NCBI GenBank assembly: GCA_964588635.1
Contig: CAZPQP010000003.1
Span: 1-32,220, forward strand
Length of the DNA stretch: 32,220 bases
Direction: 5' to 3'
Source of the DNA: an uncultured Bifidobacterium sp.
GTDB taxonomy: Bacteria > Actinomycetota > Thermoleophilia > Gaiellales > F1-60-MAGs149
This document shows positions 23,039 to 32,066 of the stretch, piece after piece. Each line of letters begins with the position of its first letter. Position 1 is the first letter of the stretch. Made by a program: the position numbers and the translations under genes. Below the pieces are notes generated by a model, which saw only the letters and a list, made by a program, of their open reading frames with translations, made no database searches and was not told the origin of the DNA.

Positions 23039-24504
23039 GCACGCCCTGGCAGAAGGACGGGTACGAGGCCGTGATCGGCCTCGAGATCCACGTGCAGCTG
23101 AACACCGCGTCGAAGATGTTCTGCTCGTGTCCGAACCAGTTCGGGGACGAGCCCAACACCAACGTCTGCTTCGTCTGCCTGGCGCACCCCGGCGCGCTGC
23201 CGGTGGCCAACGCCGAGGCGGTGCGCCAGTCCGCCCGCGTCGGTCTCGCGCTCGGCTGCCGGATCCCCGACGTGTCGGAGTTCAGCCGCAAGCAGTACTT
23301 CTACCCCGACAGCCCGAAGGCGTACCAGATCAGCCAGTACGACCAGCCGCTCTGCGCCGAGGGCCTGTTCCGCGTGCCCGGTGCCGATGGCTTCGAGGTG
23401 CGGATCACGCGCGCCCACCTCGAGGAGGACGCCGCCAAGATGATCCACGCGGGTGGCGACAGCGGCCGCATCTCCGGCTCGGCCGGCTCGGTCGTCGACT
23501 TCAATCGCGTCGGCACCCCGCTGCTCGAGATCGTCACCGAGCCCGACATCCGCTCGCCCGAGGACGCGCGGCGGTTCCTCACGCTGCTGCGCGCCACGGT
23601 CGTCGCGATCGGCGCCTCCGAGTGCGACATGGAGAAGGGCTCGCTGCGCGCCGACGCCAACGTCTCGATCCGCCCGATCGGCTCCACGGAGTACGGCACG
23701 AAGACCGAGCTCAAGAACATGAACTCCTTCCGCTTCCTCGAGCGCGGCGTGGAGGCCGAGCTGGAGCGACAGCTCGGCCTGATCCAGGCGGGCGAGAAGA
23801 TCGAGCAGGAGACGCTGCACTTCGATCCCGCCAGCGGCACGCTGTCCTCGCTGCGCTCCAAGGAGCAGGCGCACGACTACCGCTACTTCCCCGAGCCCGA
23901 CCTGCTGCCCGTCACGCAGGATCAGGCGTCGCTGGCCGCGCTCGCCGCAGAGCTGCCGGAGCTGCCCGTGGCCCGCTTCGAGCGCCTCACCGAGGCCGGC
24001 ATCGTCGAGGCCACGGCGCTGGTGCTCGCGACCGACACCGAGCTCGCGGCCTACTTCGACGACCTCGCGGCCCGCACGGGCGACATCAAGGTCGCCTCGA
24101 ACTGGGTGATGGGCGAGCTGCAGGCGCACCTCAACGCCGACAACCTGTCGGCTGCCGCAAGCCCCGTCACACCCGCGCGCCTTGCCGAGCTGATCGCCCT
24201 CGTCGTCGACGGCACCATCAACCAGACCGCCGCCAAGGAGGTCTTCGCCGCCTTGGTCGAGGATCCGCAGGCAACGGCGTCCGGCGTGGTGGAGGAGCGC
24301 GAGCTGGCCCAGGTCGGCGGCGACGACGCCCTCGGCGAGATCATCGACGCTGTGCTCGCGGCGCACCCTGACGAGGTCGAGGCCTTCAAGGGCGGACGCG
24401 AGCAGGTGATCGGCTTCCTCGTCGGTCAGTGCATGAAGCAGAGCGGTGGCCGCGCCGATGCGAAGGCCCTCCAGGGGCTCCTCCGTGCGCGCCTGACTGC
24501 GTAG
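23035..24504 (+). CDS. gatB: Glutamyl/aspartyl-tRNA amidotransferase subunit B
   Basis: YEAVIGLEIHVQLNTASKMFCSC..., HLEEDAAK and NRVGTPLLEIVTEPD are present. A GTGA overlap links it to the gatA stop. The 832-aa ORF-track form is an upstream artefact. Confidence 0.95.
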   Translation: MSTPWQKDGYEAVIGLEIHVQLNTASKMFCSCPNQFGDEPNTNVCFVCLAHPGALPVANAEAVRQSARVGLALGCRIPDVSEFSRKQYFYPDSPKAYQISQYDQPLCAEGLFRVPGADGFEVRITRAHLEEDAAKMIHAGGDSGRISGSAGSVVDFNRVGTPLLEIVTEPDIRSPEDARRFLTLLRATVVAIGASECDMEKGSLRADANVSIRPIGSTEYGTKTELKNMNSFRFLERGVEAELERQLGLIQAGEKIEQETLHFDPASGTLSSLRSKEQAHDYRYFPEPDLLPVTQDQASLAALAAELPELPVARFERLTEAGIVEATALVLATDTELAAYFDDLAARTGDIKVASNWVMGELQAHLNADNLSAAASPVTPARLAELIALVVDGTINQTAAKEVFAALVEDPQATASGVVEERELAQVGGDDALGEIIDAVLAAHPDEVEAFKGGREQVIGFLVGQCMKQSGGRADAKALQGLLRARLTA

Positions 24505-24565
24505 CGGTGCGCGAAACCCGCAGGCGCGGGTACCATGCACGGGCGTACAGACGGGAGAGAAGCGC

Positions 24566-25477
24566 ATGCAGTCCGAGAAGATCTGGTTCGACGGGGAGCT
24601 CATCGACTACGAGGACATGAAGGTCCATGTCCTGACGCATGCCCTGCACTACGGCTCTGGCGTCTTCGAGGGCATTCGCGCCTACGAGACCGACCGCGGC
24701 CCCGCCGTCTTCCACCTGAGCGACCATGTCGCCCGCCTGCGCCGCTCCGCCGAGCAGTACTTCATGCAGATCCCGTACGCCGATGAGCACATCGGCGAGG
24801 CGATCCACGAGACGATCAAGGCCAACAGCCTCCCGTCCTGCTACATCCGCCCGCTGGTGTTCCGCGGCGCCGGGGAGATGGGCGTCAACCCGCTCAACTG
24901 CCCCGTGCACACGATGATCGCGGTCTGGAAGTGGGGGGCGTACCTCGGTGACGATGCGATCAAGAACGGCATCCGCTGCATGATCTCGTCGTGGCGGCGC
25001 ATCGGCCCGAACATGATCCCGGCGACGGCGAAGGCCTCCGGGCAGTACCTCAACTCGCAGCTCGCGAAGATGGAGGCCCTCAAGCACGGCTACGACGAGG
25101 CGATTCTCCTCAACGAGGCCGGCCTGATCGCCGATGGCTCGGGCGAGAACGTGTTCGCGGTGATGAACGGCAAGCTCTACACGCCGCCGATCAGCGCCTC
25201 CTGCCTGCCGGGCATCACGCGGCACGCGGTGATGGAGATGGCCGAGACGATCGGCATCGAGACGGTCGAGCGCGAGCTCACGCGCGCCGAGCTCTACTTC
25301 GCGGATGAGGTCTTCCTGACCGGCACGGCCGCGGAGGTCACGCCCGTGGCGTCGCTCGACGACCATCACATCGGCAAGGGCCCGATCACGCAGCAGATCC
25401 AGGACATCTTCTTCGCCACGGTGCACGGCAAGCACGAGCTGTCGAAGACGTACCTCGAATACCCGAAGGGCGCGTGA
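24566..25477 (+). CDS. ilvE: Branched-chain amino acid aminotransferase (fold type IV)
   Basis: It is nearly colinear with E. coli IlvE: IWFDGELIDYEDMKVHVLTHALHYGSGVFEGIRAY, AKASGQYLNS (catalytic Lys), PGITR and LTGTAAEVTPV. Confidence 0.9.
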   Translation: MQSEKIWFDGELIDYEDMKVHVLTHALHYGSGVFEGIRAYETDRGPAVFHLSDHVARLRRSAEQYFMQIPYADEHIGEAIHETIKANSLPSCYIRPLVFRGAGEMGVNPLNCPVHTMIAVWKWGAYLGDDAIKNGIRCMISSWRRIGPNMIPATAKASGQYLNSQLAKMEALKHGYDEAILLNEAGLIADGSGENVFAVMNGKLYTPPISASCLPGITRHAVMEMAETIGIETVERELTRAELYFADEVFLTGTAAEVTPVASLDDHHIGKGPITQQIQDIFFATVHGKHELSKTYLEYPKGA

Positions 25478-26604
25478 GCCCCGCCGGCGAGCCGATCCCG
25501 CTCGCGCAGCCGGACATCGGCCCGCGCGAGGAGGAGCTCGTGCTCGAGGTGCTGCGCTCGGGCATGCTGTCGCTCGGCCCGATGGGGCCGCGCTTCGAGC
25601 GCGCCTTCGCCGACTGGGTCGGCACGAAGCACGCGGCGGCGGTCTCGAGTGGCACCGCGGGGCTGCATCTCGGGCTCGTGCGCGCGGGCGTCGGCCCCGG
25701 CGACGAGGTCATCACGTCGCCGTTCTCGTTCATCTCGTCGGCCAACTGCGCGTTGCACGCCGGCGCCGACGTGGCGTTCGCCGATATCGATCCCCGCACG
25801 TTCAACCTCGACCCCGCCGCGCTCGAGGCGGCGATCACGCCGCGGACCAAGGCGATCGTCCCCGTCCACATCTTCGGGCTGCCGTGCGACATCGAGGCGA
25901 TCTCCGCGATCGCCGCGAAGCATGGCCTCGCGATCGTGGAGGACGGTGCCGAGGCCCTCGGTGCCGTGCGACAGGGGCGCAAGATCGGCACGCACGGTTC
26001 GCCAACCGTCTTCGCGTTCTACCCCAACAAGCAGATGACCACCGGTGAGGGCGGCATCGTCACCACCGATGATGACGACGTCTACGAGGACATCCTCAGC
26101 CTGCGCAACCAGGGGCGCGCCGATTCCGGGGCGTGGCTCGAGCACGACCGTCTCGGCTGGAACTACCGCATGGACGACCTCTCGGCGGCTGTGGGGCTCG
26201 CGCAGGTCGAGCGGCTCGACGAGATCCTCGGCAAGCGCGCTGCGGTCGCGGATCGCTACGCGGCGCTGCTGCCCGAGATACCCGGCGTGACGCTGCCCAG
26301 CGTGGTGGAGGGCGATGTCCGATCGTGGTTCGTCTACACGGTGCTGCTCGAGCCGGGCGTCGATCGCAACGCGGTGATCGGCCTGCTCGCGGAGCGGGGC
26401 ATCGCCTCCAAGCCGTATCTGCCGTCGATCCATCTGCAGCCGTTCTATCGGGCTCGGGGCCATCGCGAGGGCGAGTTCCCCGTCAGCGAGGCGATCTCGG
26501 CCCGCGCGCTTGCACTGCCCTTCTTCGGCAATCTGTCGCTTGAGCAGCAGGAGCGCGTAGCCGCCGAGCTCGCCGCTGTACTGGCGGATCCACCGGTAGT
26601 CTGA
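25474..26604 (+). CDS. DegT/DnrJ/EryC1/StrS family PLP-dependent (sugar) aminotransferase
   Basis: SSGTAGLHL, SFISSANC and FYPNKQMTTGEGG (PLP Lys) are typical of the family. A GTGA overlap links it to the ilvE stop. Confidence 0.85.
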   Translation: MSPAGEPIPLAQPDIGPREEELVLEVLRSGMLSLGPMGPRFERAFADWVGTKHAAAVSSGTAGLHLGLVRAGVGPGDEVITSPFSFISSANCALHAGADVAFADIDPRTFNLDPAALEAAITPRTKAIVPVHIFGLPCDIEAISAIAAKHGLAIVEDGAEALGAVRQGRKIGTHGSPTVFAFYPNKQMTTGEGGIVTTDDDDVYEDILSLRNQGRADSGAWLEHDRLGWNYRMDDLSAAVGLAQVERLDEILGKRAAVADRYAALLPEIPGVTLPSVVEGDVRSWFVYTVLLEPGVDRNAVIGLLAERGIASKPYLPSIHLQPFYRARGHREGEFPVSEAISARALALPFFGNLSLEQQERVAAELAAVLADPPVV

Positions 26605-26609
26605 GCCGC

Positions 26610-27656
26610 ATGGCAGCGTTCGTCTCGACGCCGGTGGTGGCGTACACGACCACAGCCGCGTGGATCGCCGCACCGGCGATCGGCACGGGCAGCTTCGCGT
26701 GGCTCGAGGTGGGCAAGCAGGACGGCGACGTGCGCACCGTGGCGTCGTTCCGTGGCGACCGGCTGCTGGTCCGCTCCGCCGGCCGCACGATTCCCGTCGT
26801 CCACGAGCCGTGCACCACGAAACCGTGCAACACGGTGCAGGCGCCGAGCAGCGAGGGTGATGGCTCGTTCGCCTACGCCGTCGCGTTTCCGGGCACGGGT
26901 GGGTACGTCGCCAACGTCACTGCGGGTGGCACGTCGAACGTGGTGGCCGAGGATCAGACCGATCCGCACGACATCGCCACGCCGCATCTGGTGACCGCGG
27001 CTGGGACGACGGTGGTCTGGGTCGACAACAACGCCATTTACAGCGCGCCCAGCGCCGGCGGACCGGCCACCGCGCTCGTGGCCCCCGAGCAGGCCGGTGG
27101 CACCATCACGTCAATCGCGACCAGCGCGGCGGGCGTCGCCTGGTCGGCCAAGGCGACTGCCGGTGGCACGCTGATCGGTGTGCGCGATGCGGGCGGCGTC
27201 ATCGCGACGCGGGCGGCCGAGCCGGATACCGCGATCGCGACGCTCTACTCCGTCGGCCTCGCCGATGACGGCACGGTCGTGGCGATCCGGCGCACGCTCG
27301 CGAAGGGGAGGCAGCAGATCGCCCTCGTGGCGTACGCGACGGACGGAGCGGCGCGCACACTCCTGACATCTGTCCCGTTCGGCAAACGGGATCCCTTCGA
27401 GCTGACGCGCCCCTCGGTGATGGGCTCGCGCGTTGCCGTGCGCCTGCGCGGCGGTCGCGGCGGCGCGAACGACGAGCTGTGGGTCGCCGATCTGGTGACG
27501 GGGCGCTCCGGGCGGGTCACCTCGGTGCCGCGGACGGAGGCGCGCCTCACGGATCCTTCGCTCGGCGGTGGACGTCTGGTGTGGGCGAAGGACGAGCTCA
27601 CGTCGCGGGGACGGCTGCTGCGCGCCCGCCTCTACAGCGCCGCCGTCAAGCCCTAG
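26610..27656 (+). CDS. Hypothetical protein, probably beta-propeller-like, no recognisable signal peptide
   Basis: Third codon positions are strongly G/C, like the neighbouring genes. Short beta-strand-like segments recur (VVWVDNNAIYS, GVAWSAKA, VVAIRRTL, IALVAYATDG, ELWVADLVTG, RLVWAKDE). I recognise no family motif. Confidence 0.5.
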   Translation: MAAFVSTPVVAYTTTAAWIAAPAIGTGSFAWLEVGKQDGDVRTVASFRGDRLLVRSAGRTIPVVHEPCTTKPCNTVQAPSSEGDGSFAYAVAFPGTGGYVANVTAGGTSNVVAEDQTDPHDIATPHLVTAAGTTVVWVDNNAIYSAPSAGGPATALVAPEQAGGTITSIATSAAGVAWSAKATAGGTLIGVRDAGGVIATRAAEPDTAIATLYSVGLADDGTVVAIRRTLAKGRQQIALVAYATDGAARTLLTSVPFGKRDPFELTRPSVMGSRVAVRLRGGRGGANDELWVADLVTGRSGRVTSVPRTEARLTDPSLGGGRLVWAKDELTSRGRLLRARLYSAAVKP

Positions 27657-30409
27657 AACGGCGAGACGAACAGGGTGATCTTGGTGTCGCGCGGCACCTT
27701 GCTGTTCGGCGATGGCTCCATGCTGAAGACGCGATCGGAGGGATTGAGCACACCATCCGCATTGATCGCACCGGCCACGAGTCCGGCCTTGGCGATCTCC
27801 GTGCGCGCCTCTTCGACGGTCTTGCCCGCGACGTTCGGCACCAACGAGCCCTTGTAGTCGCCGCTGGCGGAGATCGTGATCACCGAGCCGAGCGGCGCCG
27901 GCTTGCCGGGAGACGGGCTCTGCGCGACGACGGAGCCGAGCGGCAGCCCCTCCGCATCCTGCTGGTCGACGATCACGACGCGGAACTGCGCGGCCTGGAG
28001 GCGGGCGATCGCGGCCTCGGTGAGGCTGGGTTGGCTATCGGTGGCCACGACGCTCGGCACGAGGATCGAGGGGATCTTGCGCGCGATGATCAGCGTGACG
28101 ACGCTGCCCGGCTCGACGGCGCTGAGCGGGGACGGCGACTGCACCACGACGGTGCCCGGCTTCTCCCCGGGCTGCGCAGGGCGGTACTGGAAGCGGATCT
28201 GCAGGCCGGAGCCGTTGGCGATGGAGTTCGCCTTGCGCTTGTTCGACGCGGAGAAGTCGGGGACCGAGATCAGGTTCGATTCGCACGGCCCCATCTCCAT
28301 CGGGGCGAGTGTCTGGTCCCAGACGACGACCTGCGCGTACTTGCAGCCCGGGGGGACGCGCTGCCCGGTGCGCGGATCGACGGAGACGGGGATGGAGGCC
28401 TTGCCGACCGGATCGGGCCAGTCTTCGACCTCCTGTCCACGCAGCGAGGCGCGCATGTACTGGCCCCATATCAGGGCGGGGAAGGTGCCACCGTACACCG
28501 GTGAGCCGTTGAACTGCGTGCGCATCGGCCGCGCCGGATTCTCATAGCCGACCCAGGTGGACACCGTCCGCTGCGGGGTCGAGCCGACGAACCACGCGTC
28601 CTTGAAGTCGGAGGTGGTGCCGGTCTTGCCCGCCGCGGGCCGTCCGATGTTGGCCGCCTTGCCGGTGCCGTAGCGGATCACGCCGCGCATCGACTGCGTG
28701 ACCTCGAGCGCGTCCTCCTCCGGCACGGCCTGCACGGCGACCGGGGTGTTCACGAGCTCCCGCCCGTCGGGGAAGATGATGCGCTTGATCGAGACCGGTT
28801 CCATCGACGGATCGGTGATGCCCGAATCCGGCGTGTGGAAGAGGATCGATCCGCCGACGCGCTGCCCGTTGTTGGCGATGGTCGCGTAGGCGTGCGCCAT
28901 CTCCAGGGGGGTGACGCCGACGAACAGGCCGCCGAGCCCGATCGCGGGCTGGCCCTCGTCGATCGGGGAGATGATGCCGAGCCGGTGCGCGACGTCGGCG
29001 ACCACCGACGGCTTGATCAGCATGGTCAGCTGCGCGAACACGGTGTTGTCGGAGAGGGCCATGGCCTCCGGCAGCTGCAGGTCCTTGCCGTACTCGTCCT
29101 CGCTGTTGGTGACGTACCAGAACTGCCCGCCGCCGAGATCGAACAGCTGCTTGGCGGAGTGGAACGTGGTCGCGGGGCGGACGCCCTTCTCGAGCGCTGC
29201 GAGGTACACGAACGGCTTGAACGCCGAACCGGGCTGGCGGTGCGCATCGGCGGGAACGTTGAACTGGTGCCGCACCGAGTAGGGCTTGCCGCCGGCCATG
29301 GCGAGCACCTCGCCGGAGCGCGGGTCGATCGAGACGATCGCGCCCTGCGGCATGCGCTCGCCCTGCAGCTGGTCCGCGAGCGCCTGCTCGGCCAGCTGCT
29401 GCTCCCGCAGGTTGAGGGAGGTGATGACCTTCATGCCGCCGCCGAAGGTCTGCGCCGTGCCGAAGCGGTTGACGAGCTGCTCCGTGATGAACTGGGCCCA
29501 GTAGGGATAGTTGGTGTCCAGCGGCTTGGGCTCGATCCGGGCGATGGGGAGCAGCCGGCGCCCCTGCTCGACGGCGGCCGTGTCCGCGTCGATGAAGCCC
29601 TGATCCGCCATCGTCTGCAGGACGAGGTTGCGGCGCGCGAGCGCGGCTTCCGGGTTGCTGATCGGGTCGTACGTCGAGGGGGACTTGAGCACGGCCGCGA
29701 GCAGGGCGGAGTCGGCCGGATCCAGGTTGCGCGCCGACGTGCCGAAGTAGTACTTCGACGCGCTCTCGACGCCGTACGTGTTGTGTCCGAAGTACACGGT
29801 GTTGAGGTACGCGGTGAGGATCTTGTCCTTGGGCCAGCGCTGCTCGAGCTGCCAGGCCAGCGAGGCCTCGCGCACCTTGCGCTGCACGGTCTGGGTGCTG
29901 GTCAGGTACGTGTTCTTGACGAGCTGCTGCGTGATCGTGCTGGCGCCCTCGTTGGTGCCGGAGGCGAAGCGATTGAAGACGGCGCGGGCGATGCCGGGGA
30001 GGTCGACGCCGTTGTGGTCGTAGAAGCGCTTGTCCTCGACGGCGACGACGGCGTCCTTCATCACCTTCGAGATGCCATTGCTCGGGACGATGACGCGCGA
30101 CTGGTCGGAGCGGAGGATCGCGATGCGTCGCGGCGTCCCCGTCTCGCCCGTGACCCAGATCGAGCCGTCCTGGGCGAGGCTCGTCGTGCGCCCGTCGAAC
30201 TGGCGGAGATCGGGCAGGTTGGTGGTGATGGCGGTGACGAAGCCGTAGGTCGCGGCGGAGGCGAAGACCAGGCCGACGAGGAAGGCGATGACGGAGACGC
30301 GCAGCCAGCGCCAGCGCCGTCGTCGGGGGTCGTCGACCACACCGGGCTGATCCGGCAGTTCGAGGACGAGGCGTCCGTAGCGGCGGAGAGTCGGTTTGCG
30401 TCGGGCCAT
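27653..30409 (-). CDS. Class A penicillin-binding protein (transglycosylase/transpeptidase) with three C-terminal PASTA-like domains
   Basis: An N-terminal TM anchor is present. GT51 motifs are EDKRFYDHNG and GASTITQQ. Transpeptidase motifs are SAFK (SxxK), SDN (SxN) and KTGT. Three ~60-aa repeats in the C-terminus end in QSPSP.../AQSPSPG.../MEPSPNS..., like PASTA domains. Confidence 0.9.
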   Translation of the reverse strand: MARRKPTLRRYGRLVLELPDQPGVVDDPRRRRWRWLRVSVIAFLVGLVFASAATYGFVTAITTNLPDLRQFDGRTTSLAQDGSIWVTGETGTPRRIAILRSDQSRVIVPSNGISKVMKDAVVAVEDKRFYDHNGVDLPGIARAVFNRFASGTNEGASTITQQLVKNTYLTSTQTVQRKVREASLAWQLEQRWPKDKILTAYLNTVYFGHNTYGVESASKYYFGTSARNLDPADSALLAAVLKSPSTYDPISNPEAALARRNLVLQTMADQGFIDADTAAVEQGRRLLPIARIEPKPLDTNYPYWAQFITEQLVNRFGTAQTFGGGMKVITSLNLREQQLAEQALADQLQGERMPQGAIVSIDPRSGEVLAMAGGKPYSVRHQFNVPADAHRQPGSAFKPFVYLAALEKGVRPATTFHSAKQLFDLGGGQFWYVTNSEDEYGKDLQLPEAMALSDNTVFAQLTMLIKPSVVADVAHRLGIISPIDEGQPAIGLGGLFVGVTPLEMAHAYATIANNGQRVGGSILFHTPDSGITDPSMEPVSIKRIIFPDGRELVNTPVAVQAVPEEDALEVTQSMRGVIRYGTGKAANIGRPAAGKTGTTSDFKDAWFVGSTPQRTVSTWVGYENPARPMRTQFNGSPVYGGTFPALIWGQYMRASLRGQEVEDWPDPVGKASIPVSVDPRTGQRVPPGCKYAQVVVWDQTLAPMEMGPCESNLISVPDFSASNKRKANSIANGSGLQIRFQYRPAQPGEKPGTVVVQSPSPLSAVEPGSVVTLIIARKIPSILVPSVVATDSQPSLTEAAIARLQAAQFRVVIVDQQDAEGLPLGSVVAQSPSPGKPAPLGSVITISASGDYKGSLVPNVAGKTVEEARTEIAKAGLVAGAINADGVLNPSDRVFSMEPSPNSKVPRDTKITLFVSPF

Positions 30410-30445
30410 GTCGTTGGCGCCCGTCCGGGCACGTGCTCATGGTAT

Positions 30446-30470
30446 CCCGCGCCCGCACCGCCGGCGCGGG
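30446..30470. promoter_or_regulatory. Inverted repeat (8-bp arms, 9-nt spacer) in the 77-bp divergent PBP/tyrS intergenic region
   Basis: CCCGCGCC-CGCACCGCC-GGCGCGGG is flanked by -10-like hexamers on opposite strands: TATTCT for tyrS at 30471..30476 and TACCAT for the PBP on the minus strand. Confidence 0.25.
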
Positions 30471-30486
30471 TATTCTCCAGTGCTGG

Positions 30487-31689
30487 ATGTCGGATCACCT
30501 TCGCCCACTGCTGCGCAACGCCGTCGACGTGCTCCCGGAGGGCGCGCTGGCGAAGCGCCTCGAGGAGGCTGACGCCGCTGGGCGCCCATTGCGCATCAAG
30601 CTCGGCGTCGATCCCACGGCGGGCAGCGTCACGCTCGGCTGGTCCGTCGTGCTGTCGAAGCTCCGCGCCTTCCAGGATGCCGGCCACCTGCCGGTCCTGA
30701 TCATCGGCGACTTCACCGCGCGCGTGGGCGACCCGTCGGGCAAGTCGAAGACCCGCCCGATGCTGACGGTCGAGCAGATCAAGGCGAACGAGGCCGACTA
30801 CATGCGCCAGTTCGCCAAGATCCTGGACATGGACCGCATCGAGATCCGTCACAACTCGGAGTGGCTCGGCGAGCTGGGCGCGAACGGCCTGCTCGAGCTC
30901 GCGTCGCGCGCCACGCTGGCGCAGATCCTCGAGCGCGACGACTTCTCCAAGCGCTACGCCGCGCAGACGCCCATCTCGCTGCAGGAGCTGATGTACCCGC
31001 TTCTGCAGGGGTACGACTCGGTCGTGATCGACGCGGACTGCGAGATCGGCGGCACGGACCAGAAGTTCAACCTGCTGGTCGGCCGCGACCTGCAGGAGCA
31101 GTGGGGTAAGCCCGCGCAGTCGATCATGACCCACGCCCTGCTCGTGGGCACCGACGGCACGCAGAAGATGAGCCAGTCGCTGGGCAACTACATCGGCGTC
31201 GAGGATCAGCCGGGCGACATGTACGGCAAGACGATGTCGATCCCGGATGCGGCGATGCCCATGTGGTTCCGCCTCGCGTCCGGGCTCCCGGAGGACGACG
31301 CGGAGCAGCGCATCGCGGCGCTGGCGGCCGGGGAGCTGGAGCCCGTCGAGGCCAAACGGGCGCTGGCCTGGGCGATCGTGGCGCGCTTCCACGACGAGGC
31401 GGCGGCCGAGCAGGCGGCGGAGGGCTTCCGCCGCCAGTTCGCCGAGCATCAGATCCCGGCGGACCTCCGCGAGGCGGCGATCGGACCCGAGCCGATCGTG
31501 CATGTGCCGGCGCTGCTCGTCGACCACCTCGGCGTCGCCTCCCGGGGCGAGGCCCGGCGCCTGATCACCGGCGGTGCCGTGCGTCTCGACGGCGAGACGG
31601 TCGAGGAGATCGACCTGCCGCGCGATGCGGTGATCGGCCGGGTGCTGCAGCGCGGACGCCGCGACTTCGTGCGCCTGATCGCGGGCTAG
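30487..31689 (+). CDS. tyrS: Tyrosine--tRNA ligase, TyrZ/Thermus-type (about 400 aa, C-terminal S4 domain), with non-canonical signature motifs
   Basis: [60 protein letters not shown] is colinear with Thermus TyrRS ([60 protein letters not shown], recalled from memory). [19 protein letters not shown] and the S4 motif [17 protein letters not shown] are also present. Confidence 0.85.
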   Translation: [400 protein letters not shown]

Positions 31690-31959
31690 CGCCCGTCGCG
31701 CGCGTGGGGCGGCGACGACCGCCGTGTCGGCATGCCTGGACCCTGCGAGGCAGGTGCCTCCGGTGATCCGTCTTACGATGTGGGACGAATTCGGCGCCGT
31801 CACGGTTCTACCGGCGCACCCGTCCGCGCGTGTGCGGTAGTGTGCGCCCTGTCGCGTGGGAAGCGGCGGTTCGCCGTCTCCTCCTGCGCTGCATGCCGCG
31901 GTGCATCGTGGTGGTCCTCCTCGGAGGTCTGCTATGTTCCCCGGTCGCGCCATCTGGGC

Positions 31960-31985
31960 GTGTGGTCTTTGAAAACCGAGCAATG
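31960..31985 (+). promoter_or_regulatory. rRNA operon leader element, boxA-like antitermination motif
   Basis: TGTGGTCTTTGAAAACCGAGCAATGG resembles the conserved actinobacterial rrn leader/boxA region (TGTTGTTTGAGAACTCAATAG type). It lies about 200 nt upstream of the 16S 5' end. Confidence 0.35.
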
Positions 31986-32044
31986 GAACGACCATCGGAA
32001 TCCTCGGATTTCGTGTGGTCGTCTAACGAGTTTTATGCCAGCGG

Positions 32045-32066
32045 CAGTGGATCTTCGGATCCACTG
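32045..32066 (+). other. Perfect 9-bp stem hairpin with a UUCG tetraloop in the pre-16S leader
   Basis: CAGTGGATC-TTCG-GATCCACTG. Confidence 0.6.
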
